Shown here piece by piece: positions 47,951 through 61,446 of a stretch of DNA of 64,000 nucleotides. The DNA is from Hemiscyllium ocellatum (Eukaryota): assembly GCF_020745735.1 (NCBI RefSeq), contig NC_083408.1, forward strand, positions 56,822,484 through 56,886,483. Direction: 5' to 3'. The position numbers were made by a program, and so were the translations under genes. Each line of letters starts with the position of its first letter. Position 1 is the stretch's first letter. A model generated the notes under the pieces. The model was not told where the DNA came from. It was given only the letters and a program-made list of their open reading frames with translations, and searched no databases.

Positions 47951-48209
47951 AGGTTATGCTGGGTAGCACTTCAGAGCAGAATTAATGAGGGAAGTAAATT
48001 TTTGTTCTGTGTCTCCTTGTGTTCTTAACAAAAACAACAACCATTTGTGTATTTCTGAAAAAGACATTTTTTGGGGAAGCTTTTTGGTCTTGCACTCACC
48101 AAGACAATTAGCAACCAATGGCAATGCAAAGGGAAAACAACATTTATATTGATTGTGAATAGAGTGCTTATTGTTTGACAAGTTATATATTTATTACATT
48201 AAGACTGGT

Positions 48210-48560
48210 AACTTGTATTTTTATGCCAGTATCTCACAGAAGTGTTCTCACGTAAAATTTGATACTGAGACAGACATGATATTAGGGCAGATGACTGAAA
48301 TGTTGGTCAGGGTTAAGTCTTAGTGAATGTATATTAAAGGAGAAAAGAGAGAAAAAGAAGCAGAAAGTTGTAGGGAGGGAATTCCAAAGTTTAGGACCTT
48401 GGCAATTGAAGGCCACTAATGGTGCGACAATTTAAATGTTAGGTGCTCAAGAAGTCAGAATTCTAATAGTGCAGGTACATTGGCAGATTTTAGGGCTATA
48501 AGAGATTGTACAAATAGGAAGGTAGAAGTTATGTAGGGATTTGGTTATATTTATGATAAG
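48210..48560 (-). mobile_element. Old L2 LINE 3' fragment
   Basis: atttgatactgag...atattagggcagatgactgaaa.gttggtca...agggagggaattcca.agtttaggacct.ggca..tgaagg. Confidence 0.55.
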
Positions 48561-48889
48561 TTTTAAGTTGAGAAATTAATTTCAAATCAAGGTATTGAGG
48601 TAGAGGCAGTAGAGTCTGAAAATGCATCCAGGAGTAGGGTTTGCATTGAGCTGAAACTGATTTATGTTTTGACTTGAATTCCAGTGTTCAGTATAGTGTT
48701 ACAATAGGGTTTATTTTTATCCACATCACCGAAGTCAGCCCTTCGTCATGTAACTGCATCTACAGATGCATTGCTTCATATTCAGATAATACAAAACTTA
48801 ACTTTTCCTCACCTGTGAAACTGCTTATGGAACCATCGTGAATGGAGATATTCTAGTCAAGTAGAGTTTGGGAAAGGTACAAGGCCAGA

Positions 48890-49075
48890 GTTAAGGAGAG
48901 GAAAAGATAGAAGTAGAGCAAGGAAGGAAGAATAAAATTGGAGTGAGGGTTAAAGAGGAGAGGGGAAGAGCTGAATGGAGCAAGGAAGAGAGTAAGAGGA
49001 ATTGTACAAGTGAATGTGAAAGGATTGAGGACCGGAAGCAGGGGGAGAAGAGGAAATTGAAAGACTGATAAGGAA
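48890..49075 (+). repeat. Purine-rich low-complexity tract
   Basis: Mostly G/A over about 185 bp. Confidence 0.6.
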
Positions 49076-52000
49076 ACCTGTTTGGGAGAAAAGAACACAT
49101 TGACCTGGAATTGTTCTTGATGCAGGCTCTCCAACACAGTGTCACTAATAGATGTTTTTATATAAACTGGGCACATAACAATGGAAATAGTAACGTATGT
49201 GAAGACATAGCAGACATTGGAATTTCCAAACATTTTGGAAATAGATATTGCAGCCTGCTTTAATCTTCATATCCAATTGATTAATTGTACAGTTTTTCTG
49301 TGGCTCCACAGTCAGTCTCACAAAATCAGATTAAAAAATGACAAAGAGTTCTTGTCACTAATTGTGAATATAACAAAAGGAGCTGGCTACAACAGAGAAG
49401 AATATTAACAACAGAGAAGATGGAATAAGTAACCTAGGAGTGACATTGGTGGTTGATAAAATTTGAACTACCAGTTGGTTTTAGTTAAGAATGAGAACGA
49501 ACTTAAGTGAGGGATCACAGTGAGACAGGATACTATGATAGTAATAATGCAATATGAGGAGCTGAAGTTCATAACAGGAATAAATTGTGAATTGGGACTA
49601 AGTTTATGATAATTTGCAGATTGAAGTTCAGGACCTGAATTATTTGTGATTAAATTCAGAAGGGAATAGACAGGAAATGGATTCTGTACATATTTCCTTT
49701 CATCCAGTAAGAAGTATAAATTTTTAATATGTTTCTGTAGAATTGGTTTATTGTATGATTACAAGTTAATATGAATAGTACTGTTACATTTGCAAAGTTT
49801 AATAAAGCTAAGCTTTTGTAGAGGTAATTTATTCAAACTAAAGCTACATGACCAAAATACTTTTATTGTTAATCATTAACAATGCTCCCTAATGTGACAA
49901 GATCAATTATTTTGTTTTCGAGATATTTAAATCGAAAACCCTCTCTTCGGCTTTCTTAGTTTTTCCTTGTTCATTTTCTTGTTGTCCAAAGCATGCAGCC
50001 AATGCTCCAAGGTCTTATATGTGAGGCAGCTTTTTCCATATCCATTTTCAGAATTGTTTATTGTAATTCAAAATGCACAGTGCCGCATGAAAATATATAT
50101 TGAATCCACTGGTCAAAGATTATGGTGCAATAATGTTATCTGGGAATGGAAAAGTAGAGACTGAGACATTTCATTAATCCACAATTGGCATTTTATCAAT
50201 AAGTACCATATTTAGTTCAGTGTTGTTAATACCATAGGTTCAAAATCAACTTGGGCTATTAATGGAGCGTGTCTTTTACATTTGGAAGCATGTCTTCCAG
50301 CAATTCTTGTTAAAGAGCGTTAAGAAGCAGGAATCACAGTATATTTGTAGCCTTTGAAGCTCCGAAATAATGATGCCAGTTTTGATTACTCAACTACCTT
50401 CCTGAGGTGAGGCAGTATAATCTGGATGGTCTGATATGTTGTCATTGTGTTGTTCATGTGTGATTGTCATTTTATGGAGGATCAAGGTTTTGGGCACAAG
50501 TCTCACCTGCTACTGATGGAGCAGTTCCATCATTTTTGCTTTGGACCATTTGATGACAAACCAAACTTAATTTGACCTAAGTACATTTCATCTCGATGGC
50601 ATAAGAGAGATTTGGCAACAGTTAGGATTCTTTACAAGCCAACAAGGTGAAAGAGAGTGCAATTAATTCAAAGTAAACTAAAAAAGTATTCTTCTTTGTT
50701 TAAAGTCTTGTTTGACTAAGTTAACTCATGCTAACTATACAATAGAGTTGAACTTCTTCATCAATTTTTCATATTTGCAGCATATAAATGACATTTAAAA
50801 ATACATTATTGAGGAAATCTATGTGAAAATCATTTCAGCTGTTTGGATTTCTTTAAAATGCTTCCCTCAGATTTCTTTTGTTTGAAATCCTTAGTGAACA
50901 CTAGCCAAATATTCACAGGCATCATCTGCAAATGAGAGTGTGAAAACCAATGACATTGTAAAGGCAAGTATCCTGCTGCACACTCTGGGGAACCAAAGAT
51001 GAGCTATATGACATGCAGCCCCTCAGGATAATCTGATTAAGGCACAGGTAACAGACTTAGGAGGTTTGAATAGTCTGGAAAGTTTTTTTTCAAATAAATG
51101 TTCGTAGTTAATAAATGATTTTTAACATTTTTTAACTGAGACCAGAAATCTATCTGAACATGGTGCTTGTTTCCATGCAATGTGAAGTAAAGGTTAAACA
51201 TATATGCACTCTTAGGTTCCTTCAGGCATTTGATTGACTCTAATCTCTGACTCAACCGATGGTATTTTGCCTATTTGTCACCATTAAGTCAGAATTCCAT
51301 TTACAGCTTGAAATTATTGGTTTGAAACCCATTAAGCCATTAGCTGTTAACTACCATCCTTATCAAGAGATGCTGATGAACAATGAAATTGCACTTGATG
51401 CTACTTCTTTAAATTCTCCATTTTGAATTTGTAACCATAAACTATAATTACGTTAACAGTTCCCAGAATGATAAAACTCTGTTGCTAAGGTTGCCAGGCT
51501 TTACCCTTGAACATATGGTCACACTATTTCAGAGATTAATGTTCTCCAACTGTTCCATGTCTAAGTTTGCAGACAGCGCAGTTATGAATATAAAACTGTC
51601 AGCCTGTCAGAATGATAGCATAACATCTCTGGAATATGACAGGGGTCCAATTGTATGAAATTCTTGTTTTGTCACAACTGATGAGAAAAATGGTCAGGTC
51701 TGATGAACAATGCTACTGATTGCCGGTAAGAGTTACATAACATGCAAGGTATAATGAATTAAGAAATATTTTAAATGAAGAGTTGTAAAGTTAATTAAAT
51801 ATCAGGATGACCTTTGGAAATTATTAAATTATCAAGTGTATAATAAGATATGGCTCAAAAGATGGATTTGAGGCACATGATCAACCATGACCTGATTTAA
51901 TGCTATAGAAGGCTTAAGGCATTGAATATCCTGTTGTGTTCCTAAAATAAAGCTTTTAGAATATTGTCGTACTCTCTTACACATGGACAGTTACTGTTGG

Positions 52001-54110
52001 CCTGAATTTGCTCCTGCTATTATAAGGGAACTCTGGAATATAAGTTCAATATCACTGCATTTGTTTTAGTGCATAAAACTGATGTAATAATGCCAATTAT
52101 ATAGAGTGACAGCAAATACAGGTTCAGGAGACCAATAAAAAACCTTTATTAAATTCATCCAATAGTTTGGGTGTTACCCAAGTTGACCATAAGGCCATTT
52201 TAATATCAAACTTGACCTGACAATGGATGAATAAATCAGTTATGTATCAGTTTGAAGTGTCTTTTCGACTGAGTTCGCTAAATGTCTGCAATGACATGGT
52301 TGGTGCACCTTGAACTAATATAGTTGTGTGTCAGGTTCACTGTGCTTGACAATGGGTCCAAAGGCTAAACATTTTGGAGTTAGACAGTATTGTAAGTAAT
52401 AGCTTGGAAGATAGATTGTATTGGGATTGATACAAAAGGAAATGGCGTTGAAGAATTTGAGAAATGGGGGAGATAAAGACATTTGTTGAAAATGATGGTG
52501 ATCAATTCACGGGAATAGAGAGGGAATGGAAGTTGGTGAGCTTGTGGGAATAACTGTGAATAAAGTTAATTCATGTATCATTGAGGCGTTAGGTGGCTGA
52601 AGTCTGGGGATTGGCTTGTCTATATTCAGTGGCAGAGGGAATGGGCACAGTGGTAGGAGTTGCAGATTAGAGAATGGGACCCAGGTAGGTTATTGGAGGG
52701 AATGCATTGTCTTTAAGGGGGTGTCCCGGTAATAGTCACTCTGACTTCAATATGTGGAGGCTGGGCCAACAGGATATTGGCTTCTCAATATACAGGGGCT
52801 GCAGAGGTACAATTGGAGTGTTAATGGTTCCATAAAGGTGTGCAACTGATACTCAAGAAAGATGAAGGCTTATCAGAGGCACAGGATCATAACACATTAG
52901 GGAACATGAAGCATAGAGGATAATTCGTGGGATACCTGCAAGTCACTGCCCAGTGTTAAGTTGAAACTTGATTATGTTGATCCAAAATTCAACCAGACAG
53001 TAAGATTTTAGTATCAATAAACAGCATCCAAAGTGGGGAGAGTAAGTTTTTTGAAAGGGGGCAGAATTCAGAGCTAGAGTGTGAAGTCTCCAAAAGGATT
53101 AGTCCAGTAATCAGAAATTCTGTGATTATACAATGTGTTCTATTTGCTTTCAAATCATACAGAAGCAGAATCTTAACATTTCTCATTGTGCTTCCTGTTA
53201 CTTGCCTGTTGGTGCTGCATTTGCAATAACCTTTGCTGGCTAACAGATTCCCAGGACTAAGTTCTGCATATTGAGTGCTGTATGTGCACAGTTTTTCCTG
53301 TCAACAACTCAGATAAGGAATTGATGTTTGTTTAACCATTGATATCCTTTTACCTGCGTTTCTGTGTTATCTTATTTCCTCCTCGCAATTTGGATGATGA
53401 ATCTTGCATAGCAGATTTGTTTTGTACCTCTGCCATGCAGTAACACTTGGGATGATTTCATGTCAGCCCTGAGAATTATATCTCAGGGTGACAGTAAGGT
53501 AAGGTTTGGATTCTCCTTTGTCGCTCAGCATTTAATGAGGGTCCTCTTGATTATCTGGACAGCAGTTCTTTGAAGTTGTGTCCATTTGGTCAGTATGAAG
53601 ATGAGGTTGAACATGCACTGCTCAGCAAACTTCTTGAACTTTGAGGTGAAGTGGGTTCCAACATTATTTTTTGCCCTTTCGGGACCATCTGATCAATCCT
53701 CCATAAAATGGGGAGTACTTCTTCATCTTGTAGATGAGGAATAGGCTTTGGGGAGTCAAGAAGTGAGTTACACATGATGACAGAATTTCTAGCCTTTGAT
53801 CAGCATTTGTAACCACCTGTGATGACCCTCTGATTAAACCACCACCAGTCATCTCTGTCTAATAACAGAGATAGGACTATGGCAACTTTTTGTTTAGACG
53901 AATGGTTAGTTAGGTTTCTATTCAATGGCATCTATCAGGCTGTTAATGTTAGAGGATTCAGCAATAGTGATAACTTGATTTTATTAAGTTATAATTTCTC
54001 TTTTTGGAGATCGCATTGACTGACACATTTTGGGGGCATGTTTCTTGCCACCAATAGCCAAAACTTACATGTTGTTTTGAGTTGTTACACGTAATCATGG
54101 TCTGTTTTCT

Positions 54111-54223
54111 ACCTGAAACATCGACTCTCCTGCTCCTCAGATGCTGCCTGACTTGCTGTGCTTTTTCCAGTGCCCCACTCTATCTACTCTGACTCCCTAG
54201 CATCTGCAGTCCTCACTATCTCC
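54111..54223 (+). mobile_element. PLE-terminus family A copy with 3' tail
   Basis: gaaacatcgactctcctgctcctcagatgctgcctgacttgctgtgctttttccag...agcatctgcagtcctcactatctcc. Confidence 0.85.
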
Positions 54224-54554
54224 CTGTTTCATTTCCTTGACAGCTGCATAGCAACTGAACAACCATCAGTCAGTATTCCCATTTCTGATGTGTTGGAGCA
54301 AAGAAACAGCTTAAGCTGGTTTGATCTAAGACACTACCGTAATGAACTCCAAAGGAACTCCAGTGATTTCCAAAGTTGAGATGATTGACTTTCAACCGCA
54401 AATATTTTCCTTATTGGTAGGTATGCGACTAACAACTGGAGTGCTTTTCCTGATTCCCATTGGCTTTAACTTTCCTAAGGCTCCTTGAGGCTACACATGG
54501 TCAACTGTTCCCTTGCTGTAAGAGATAGTCACTAGTATCTCATCTCTCAAGTCA

Positions 54555-55085
54555 ACAAAGACTGTTATCGATTTTTATAGATGCACCATTGAAAGCATCC
54601 CATCTGAGTGCATCACATTGTGGTGTGGCAACTGCTCTTCCCAAGACTGTAAGAAACTACAGAGAGTTGTGAAGACAGCACGATTCATCACACAAACCAG
54701 CCTTCCACCAATTAACTCCATCTACACTTCCTGTTGCCTCAGAAAAGCAATAAACATGATCAAAGACCCATCCATTTCACTTATATTCTCTTCCACCCTC
54801 TTCCATTAAGCAGAAGATATAAAACTTTGAAAACATGTACGAACAGATTCAAGAACAGGTTCTTTTTGCTGTTGTCAGGCTTTTGAATAGGCCGCAAATG
54901 TTAATTTTGATCTGTCTCTCTCTGCACTTTTTCTGCAGTTGTAACAATGTATTCTACACTCTGTTCTGCTACCCTGAGACACTTTGTATGGAACAATCTG
55001 CCTGTAGAGGATGCAAAACAACTCTTTTCATTGCATCTCGGTAGATGTGACAACAGTAACTCAAACCAAAGCAAAACTAAACCAA
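54555..55085 (+). mobile_element. Rex1/Babar-type LINE 3' end
   Basis: FYRCTIESI.SECITLWCGNCSSQDCKKLQRVVKTA..IT.TSLP.I.SIY...C.RKA..MIKDPS; tail gtgacaac...caaaccaaa. Confidence 0.8.
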
Positions 55086-57284
55086 GGATATAAATTCATG
55101 TGGAGCTGAGTGCTCTGGCACATCCCAAACTGAAAGTTGGTGAGAAGATTGTTGTTGAATTACTGTCACTTGATAGCATCGTCAACAACTTCCATCACTT
55201 TTCTATTAATTGAAAGCAGATCGTGGGTAGTAATTGGCAATATTGAATTTGTCCTAATTTTTATGGATGGTGCACACTTAAACAATTTTCATATTGTTCA
55301 GTAGATGCCACTGTTGTGACCATACTGGAGCAAGTTAGCTACGGGCGTGGTTCATTTTGGTAATGTCTGGAGCAAGGATATTGCATTTAGTTGTCAATGG
55401 ATTTGTTTGTAGCTTTGTATTCACCTCTTGATGCAAATAGCCAAGCAGCTCATGCTTTGCTGAATAGGTTCAATCTGTGGAGGAGACATCTTCAGCTCCA
55501 CAGCTAGGATGTTGTCAATGTCCACAGTCTTGGCAGTATCCCATGCAGTCTCAGTTTCATGACATCAAGTGGAGTTAGTCTTACTGTGATGATGGGGGTC
55601 ATCAGCTGATGCAAAGATGGACAAACCACTAGACATTTCTGGCTGAAGATAGTTATGAATGCTTCAGCCTTTTCTTTTGCATTGATATACCAGGTATCCC
55701 CATCATTCAGGACGGAATACCTGAATCCTCCCCTGATTGGTTGTTTAATTGTCCACCATCATTCACAACTGGGAATGTGACAGGATTACAGAGCATTAAT
55801 TTGAAATATTCCTGTAGCATCTTCCTTCCAGTGTGCTGTAGCTTTACGGGTCCAGTCGAAAATTACATCCAACAAGCCTCATGCTCCAGCATACGTTATC
55901 TTGCTGCTTGCCAAAGTTTTGATTGGATGAGATACAGATGACTGGTATTTAAAAATGTTCTACAAATGTCATTGCATATCACTTGCATCTATATATTAAA
56001 GCCCAGAATTAGTCAGTTTTTAAATGGATTGTCAAAGACATCTCTTTAGCAAAGGAAGAATTTGACTTTTTCTACTAAAAGTGCAATTCTTGATTTTCTA
56101 TGCCTTTGGGAATTCCATAAAATACTTTCATGAGCTGTCTGCCCTTATGACAATTGTCCCTATTGTAGCGCCATTTAATATATAGTGCAATTTGCTCTCA
56201 TTCAGAACTAATCCAAATTATTTTGGATTGACTCTAAATCTTAGACATGTAGTCAGGCGTTCTTGCCTTGCAAGAATAATTTTATGTTTGTGCTTTGAAT
56301 AAGAGAGCTATAAGATAATTAATGTCATGAATTACATGCAAAGAAACAAATAGAGCTAAGTTTTGGCAGAAGTGCACTGATTTATTCATTCTCAACTATG
56401 ACGGAAAACTATAGAATAAGAAAATATAAATGAAGTAAGATAGGGTCATCTGATTAGGTCCATATTTAGGGATGGTCGTGGTATGACTGAGTGAGGCAGT
56501 TTTGGTGATTGAGAAGGTAGCCTGGAGAAACCTCAGCCTTGCAATTGTCCACATGCTCGAGGTTCTTGTGGTCTGTATGAATGAAACCGGGGCTACAGGT
56601 TAGATAGATGACCTGAGATGGCATTACTGTCAAGAAGCAATTCTATTTGGGGAAGTAAATAGGAATATAATGCTAAAAGGGGACAATGTAATCAGAAGGT
56701 AGAGCTTTGCCATCATTCTTGATGACCATTTCAGATTTACAGCATTCTGCAATGTTTAGCTTTTACTTAAATATTCTTATAGAACTTGACATGGTATTTG
56801 TGGAGAGGTTGTTTCTCCTTCGACAAGAAGGCATGATCATAAAGTAAGGGCTCCCCATTCAAAACTGAGGTGAGGAGGAATTCTTCTCAAAGAATGATGA
56901 ATCTGTAGAATTCAGTCAGAGCCTCCTAACGCTAAGTCAAGATCAGCCCCTGATACCAGTCCAGAGGTTTGTACACAGTCAGTCCGCTCCTTGGTGTGCT
57001 TTGAGTATGGATGTTCTCCATATAGGGGATAATGAGCCGAAGTCAGGCAGCCCACCACCAGTTTGACTCTGCCCTCTCATGTCCTGTTTTCCTCCTGTAA
57101 TGAGAGAAGGGCAGGTATTAAGTGAAAAGCACAGTAATTGCTTCTGTTTCAGGTTGGGAAATGTCCCGTGTGAGTCAGTAGGAAGCACAGAGGGCCTTCA
57201 AAGGTTAGGGATTTGAGTGGGTGATAGCAAGTGAGGAAAGGTGTTGTATCACACAGTGAAATTGGTAGAGCATGAGCCAGTTAT

Positions 57285-57785
57285 AGCAAGGATATTATTA
57301 AGCTCGAGAGGGTTCAGAAGACATTCACCAAGATGTTTATGAGTATAGAATGTTTGAGTTATAAATAAAAGTGGATAGGCTAGGACTTTTTTCACTGCAG
57401 TGTAGGAGGTTAAGAAGTTTATAAAATCATGAGGGGTATAGATAGGGTTAATACCAGGTGCCTTTTCTCTAGGATGGGGATTTCATGTTTGGGGGCACAT
57501 TTTTAAGGTGAGAGGAGAGAGATTTGAAAAACACATGAGGGGCAAATGTGTTACACAGAGGGTGGTGCACATGCTGAATGAACTTCCTGAAGATGTGGTG
57601 GATGTGGGCACAGTTACAACATTTAAAAGACTGGTAGATAGGTACATGAATCAGAAAGGTTTGGAGGTATATGGGCCAGGAGCAGGCAGCTGAGACGAGT
57701 TTAGTTTGGGATTATGTTCAGCATTGACTGGTTGGACTGAAGAGTCTGTTTCCATGCAGTATGACTCTATGATTGTGACTCTATG
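57285..57785 (+). mobile_element. CR1 3' fragment
   Basis: DIIKLERVQK.F; RGERF....RG....QRVV.M.NELPE; (ACTCTATG)-type tail. Confidence 0.88.
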
Positions 57786-57799
57786 TGAAGTGGATACAG

Positions 57800-58280
57800 A
57801 AGCTGAGAGAATGAGCGTGAGATATTAGACAGAAGCTGATGGTAGTTTTCCTGGTCATGTAGAGAAGTTAATTGGCCTTCCTGTTACAGACTGAGACTGT
57901 TCTAAGCTGGAGGGTGACATCAGAGTTGTGGCCTCTGCTGCTGGTCTTAGAGGAGGAAGAAGTCCACTCTGCACCATCCTGTCAATCAGGATCTGCAGGT
58001 CCCTTCTTGCACAGTGAGGCTCCAATTTCCCCCTGTCTGCCATGTCCAGGGCAAATGTCAAGAACTGTGCAGGCCAACTTCGAGTTGACAAATATTGTTT
58101 GAGTGCACAACAGTTGTAAAGTGGCATAGGTGTAAGGAATGCTAGTGAATTCTGGAATATTTGCTAAGTAGCAAATCATTCTGGGAATGGCGAGTTGTCG
58201 AATGAAGCTGAAATTGGATGTGAAGGATGACATGGGGGTTGAGTAGGTAGGTAATGGTGCAAGTTTGGTAAGATCCAGTG
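57800..58280 (-). mobile_element. Possible decayed Harbinger-type Myb/SANT ORF and terminus
   Basis: MADRGKLEPHCARRDLQILIDRMVQ resembles trihelix Myb/SANT N-termini (PRF...DLE.L.D.V); ctggatcttacc terminus-like sequence near 58270. Confidence 0.3.
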
Positions 58281-59800
58281 AGAAAACTCACTAGACCTGC
58301 AACAAAATCTCTCCATAATACCCAAAACATCTCAAACTTAGCCAAAACAATACAAGACTCAGCCCAGTGTTTTATAAAAATGGTAGATTCAACAGAAATT
58401 TTTTTCTGTGAATCATTATCAACCTGATGCCAATTTTTCAACATATGATAGCATGCCAACTGCAAAAGAAGCTGAAAAGACATAAATCATTCATAGTTCT
58501 GAAAATATCTTGAAGGTCATGGAGAAGAAGGGGCAAGAAGTTTCCTTTTTTTTGTACAAAAGGGTAAAATACAGTATTTCTCAAATTTAAAGTATTTCAA
58601 CAAATGCTTGAGAATAACTTTTGCAACCAAAATGGAAGAATTATTCTGAAACATTTAGAAGTTTTTCAATTTTAATTAACAGAAATTAAGAAATACTCTG
58701 AAATGTAAACTAAAATAGAAGTTAAAAATCTTCATATAAACAACAAAGCTTTGAATAATAAAGCTTTATTCCCAATTAATCTTCTTTATCCAGTAATGAG
58801 AGAAATTATTATAATCTTTAGAAAACTTGAAGTTTCAATATTAATACAATTGAAGTGATTAAACAGCAAAATTAGTACATATACAAAAGAATTGGGAAAT
58901 CTCTGCACAGCTTTCAAGGAAATCATCAAAATGAAAGAAACAGTGGCAGTTAGATATAAGATATTACACTTCCAATCAGATTTAAAATTCTCAGACAGAG
59001 AATTGAACTGGACTATATGGAATAGACAGTTTGAGATACAGAACTAATTTAGGATTATGGATGAAACTCAGAGAACAAGTAAATATATTTCTTCTCCCTG
59101 TTTGTCTAGTCACAGTACATACTTTAAAACAATTAGATTAGATTAGATTAGATTAGATTAGATTACTTAGTAATCTAATCTAATCTAATCTAATCTAAAG
59201 TTATAACAACACATAAACAGGAAACTTTGAACAATATGCAGTTTCATCATGCCAAATGAAACTTTTGTAAGAAAGTGGGACACTTCCAAAGTCAAAAGCA
59301 ACCGTTGAACCACAGAAAGTGGTTAACCCTTACAGCACAAATCTTTGGAAGTCAATCCAGTATAACAAGACATTTCTTCAGGACAACATATATCATTATA
59401 TAATGAAATGTCAGCTTTGGAAGATATGAATTAACCTTTCTTGGGTACTAGATGACTAATCTGAACCAGATATAACAGATCACACAGGTTAACAGTCATC
59501 TAATTTTAAACTTGACACTGGAGAAGATTTTCCCATTGTATCTGGTAGAGAACAGCAATGAGAAGGGAGAATGTTTCAAGATCAAAGACATAATAAGAAT
59601 ACTCTTAAAATACAAAGCCAATGATATGTACAGCTGGTATATATTATCAGGAACAAACACTTATAACATTTGAGCAGAAACTTCACTTTTAAAATGCTAC
59701 AGTATGTTGAAGAAACTGAACCATTCAGAAACCAAATACCATTGATCAATATAACGTTACTGAACAAGAGGAAGACTTTGTAGGCATCAGAGATTGTTTG
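58280..59800 (+). mobile_element. Possible very old A-rich L1-clade 3' region
   Basis: Strong A-skew and a WRRRG remnant; no clear domain. Confidence 0.25.
59133..59198. repeat. Inverted microsatellite (TTAGA)6-TTAC-TTA-GTAA-(TCTAA)5
   Basis: Directly visible; perfect 29-bp stem with a 3-nt loop. Confidence 0.95.
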
Positions 59801-59886
59801 CTGAAGCAAAGAGAAACAAAGCACACCAATTATGATAAATTACGTTAGTGCCGGACAATGCTTCCTAACAAAGAATCAGAAAACCT

Positions 59887-60246
59887 GGCGTGGTGGTTCA
59901 GTGGTCAACAACGCAACCTCACAGCACCAGGAACCTGGGTTCAATTCCATGCATAGGCAACTGTCTGTGTGGAGTTTGCACATTCTCCTCATGTCTGCAT
60001 GGGTTTCCTCCAGATGCTCCAGTTTCCTCTCATAGTCCAAAAGAATGCAGTTAGGTGGATTGGCCATGCTAAGTTGCCCACAGTTATCCAGGGGTGTGCA
60101 GGCTAGGTGGGTTGATCATGGGAAATGCAGGGTTACAGTAATAGAGTCGGGGAGTGGGTCAGGGTAGGATGCTGTTCGGAGGTTCGTTGTTGACTTGATG
60201 GGCTGAATGGTCTGCTTCCATACTGTAGGAATTCTATAATTCTATG
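59887..60246 (+). mobile_element. HE1-type V-SINE
   Basis: tRNA head, V-domain, tail ..gcttccatactgtaggaattctataattctatga. Confidence 0.88.
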
Positions 60247-60254
60247 AGCAACAC

Positions 60255-60615
60255 CGTGGTTTAGTGGTTAGCACTGCTGCCTCACAGCACCAGGGACCCA
60301 GGTTTGATTCCAGCCTTGAGTGACTGTGTGGAGTTTGCACGTTCTCCCTGTGTCTCCTCCGAGTATTCCAATTTCCTCCCACGGTCCAAAGATGTGAAGG
60401 TTAGTTGAATTGGCCATGCTAAATTGCCCAAACTGTTCAGGGATGTGTAGGTTAGGTGCATTGGTCAGACGTAAATGTAGAGTAATAGGGTAGGGGAGTG
60501 GGTCTGGGTGGGTTACTCATCAGAGAGTCGGTGTGGACCTGTTGGGCCCAATGGCCTTTTTCCACACTGTAGGTATCCCATCCCATCCCTGATTCAATCC
60601 CATCCCATTCCATCT
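60255..60615 (+). mobile_element. HE1-type V-SINE (tandem with previous copy)
   Basis: gtggtttagtggttagcactgctgcctcacagc head, V-domain, (TCCCA)n tail. Confidence 0.88.
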
Positions 60616-61446
60616 CTGATTCACATATTTGGAGGAATTATTCAATTGTCTGCCAAATGCAGACAAGTCTTCAAAAAGCAGATCATCAGATCTCCTTGGC
60701 AATATAGCCACCAGGAGTTAGTAGTAAACTCACGATGCAGGCAATTCTGCTGTTTAGAGGAAGCAGTATCAAAATATCACAGTCAGTTTTTCTGTCTATG
60801 ATTGGACCTGATAAAATGATAGGATTATCCAAAAAAAATCTGTGCACAAAAAGAAGGATCACATATGTGCACTGTCATAGACTTATGCAGCACGAAAACA
60901 GACCCTTCAATTCAGCTTGTTCACACCAACTTCCCAACTGACCTAGTCCAAATTGCCAGCATTTAGCCCAAATCCCTCAAAAACTTCCTATTCATGTACC
61001 CATCCAGATGTCTTTTAAATGTTATAATTATACGCACCTCCACCACTTCCATTGGCAGCTCATTCCATACACACATCGCTCTCTGTATGAAAAGTTAGCC
61101 CTCAGATCATTTTATTCTTTTCACCTCTCATCTTAAACCAATGCCGTCTAGTTTTGGACTCCCCTACCCTAGGAAAAAGACCTTGGCTCTTCACCATATC
61201 TGTATCCCTCATTACTTTTTTAACCTCTATCAGGTCACTGTTCAGTCTCTGTTCCAGGGGAAAAAGCTCCAGCCTATTCAGCCTCTGTAGCTCAAACTCT
61301 CCAGTCCAAGCAACATCCTTTTAAATCTTTTCTGCACCCTCTCAAGTTTAACCACACCCTTCCTACAGAAGGGCGACCAGAATTGTATGCAGTTTTCCAG
61401 AAGAGGCCTCACCAATATCCTGTATAGCCGCAACATAATATTCCAA

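Larger units (their letters stand above)
53400..55900 (-). mobile_element. Old CR1/L2-group LINE, interrupted by Rex1 and PLE inserts
   Basis: Minus strand VTHFLTPQSL..IYK..., tgtagcctcaaggagcctta...aatgggaatcagg (W.QGAL..L..MGI) and NYPRS remnants. Confidence 0.55.

Noticed and set aside
48700-50170. Possible minus-strand exons (acceptor-like sites at ~48815 and ~50140) of an upstream gene such as TTC6
   Set aside because: Stops in all frames after the 50140 acceptor; the short 48815 frame matches no protein I recognise.
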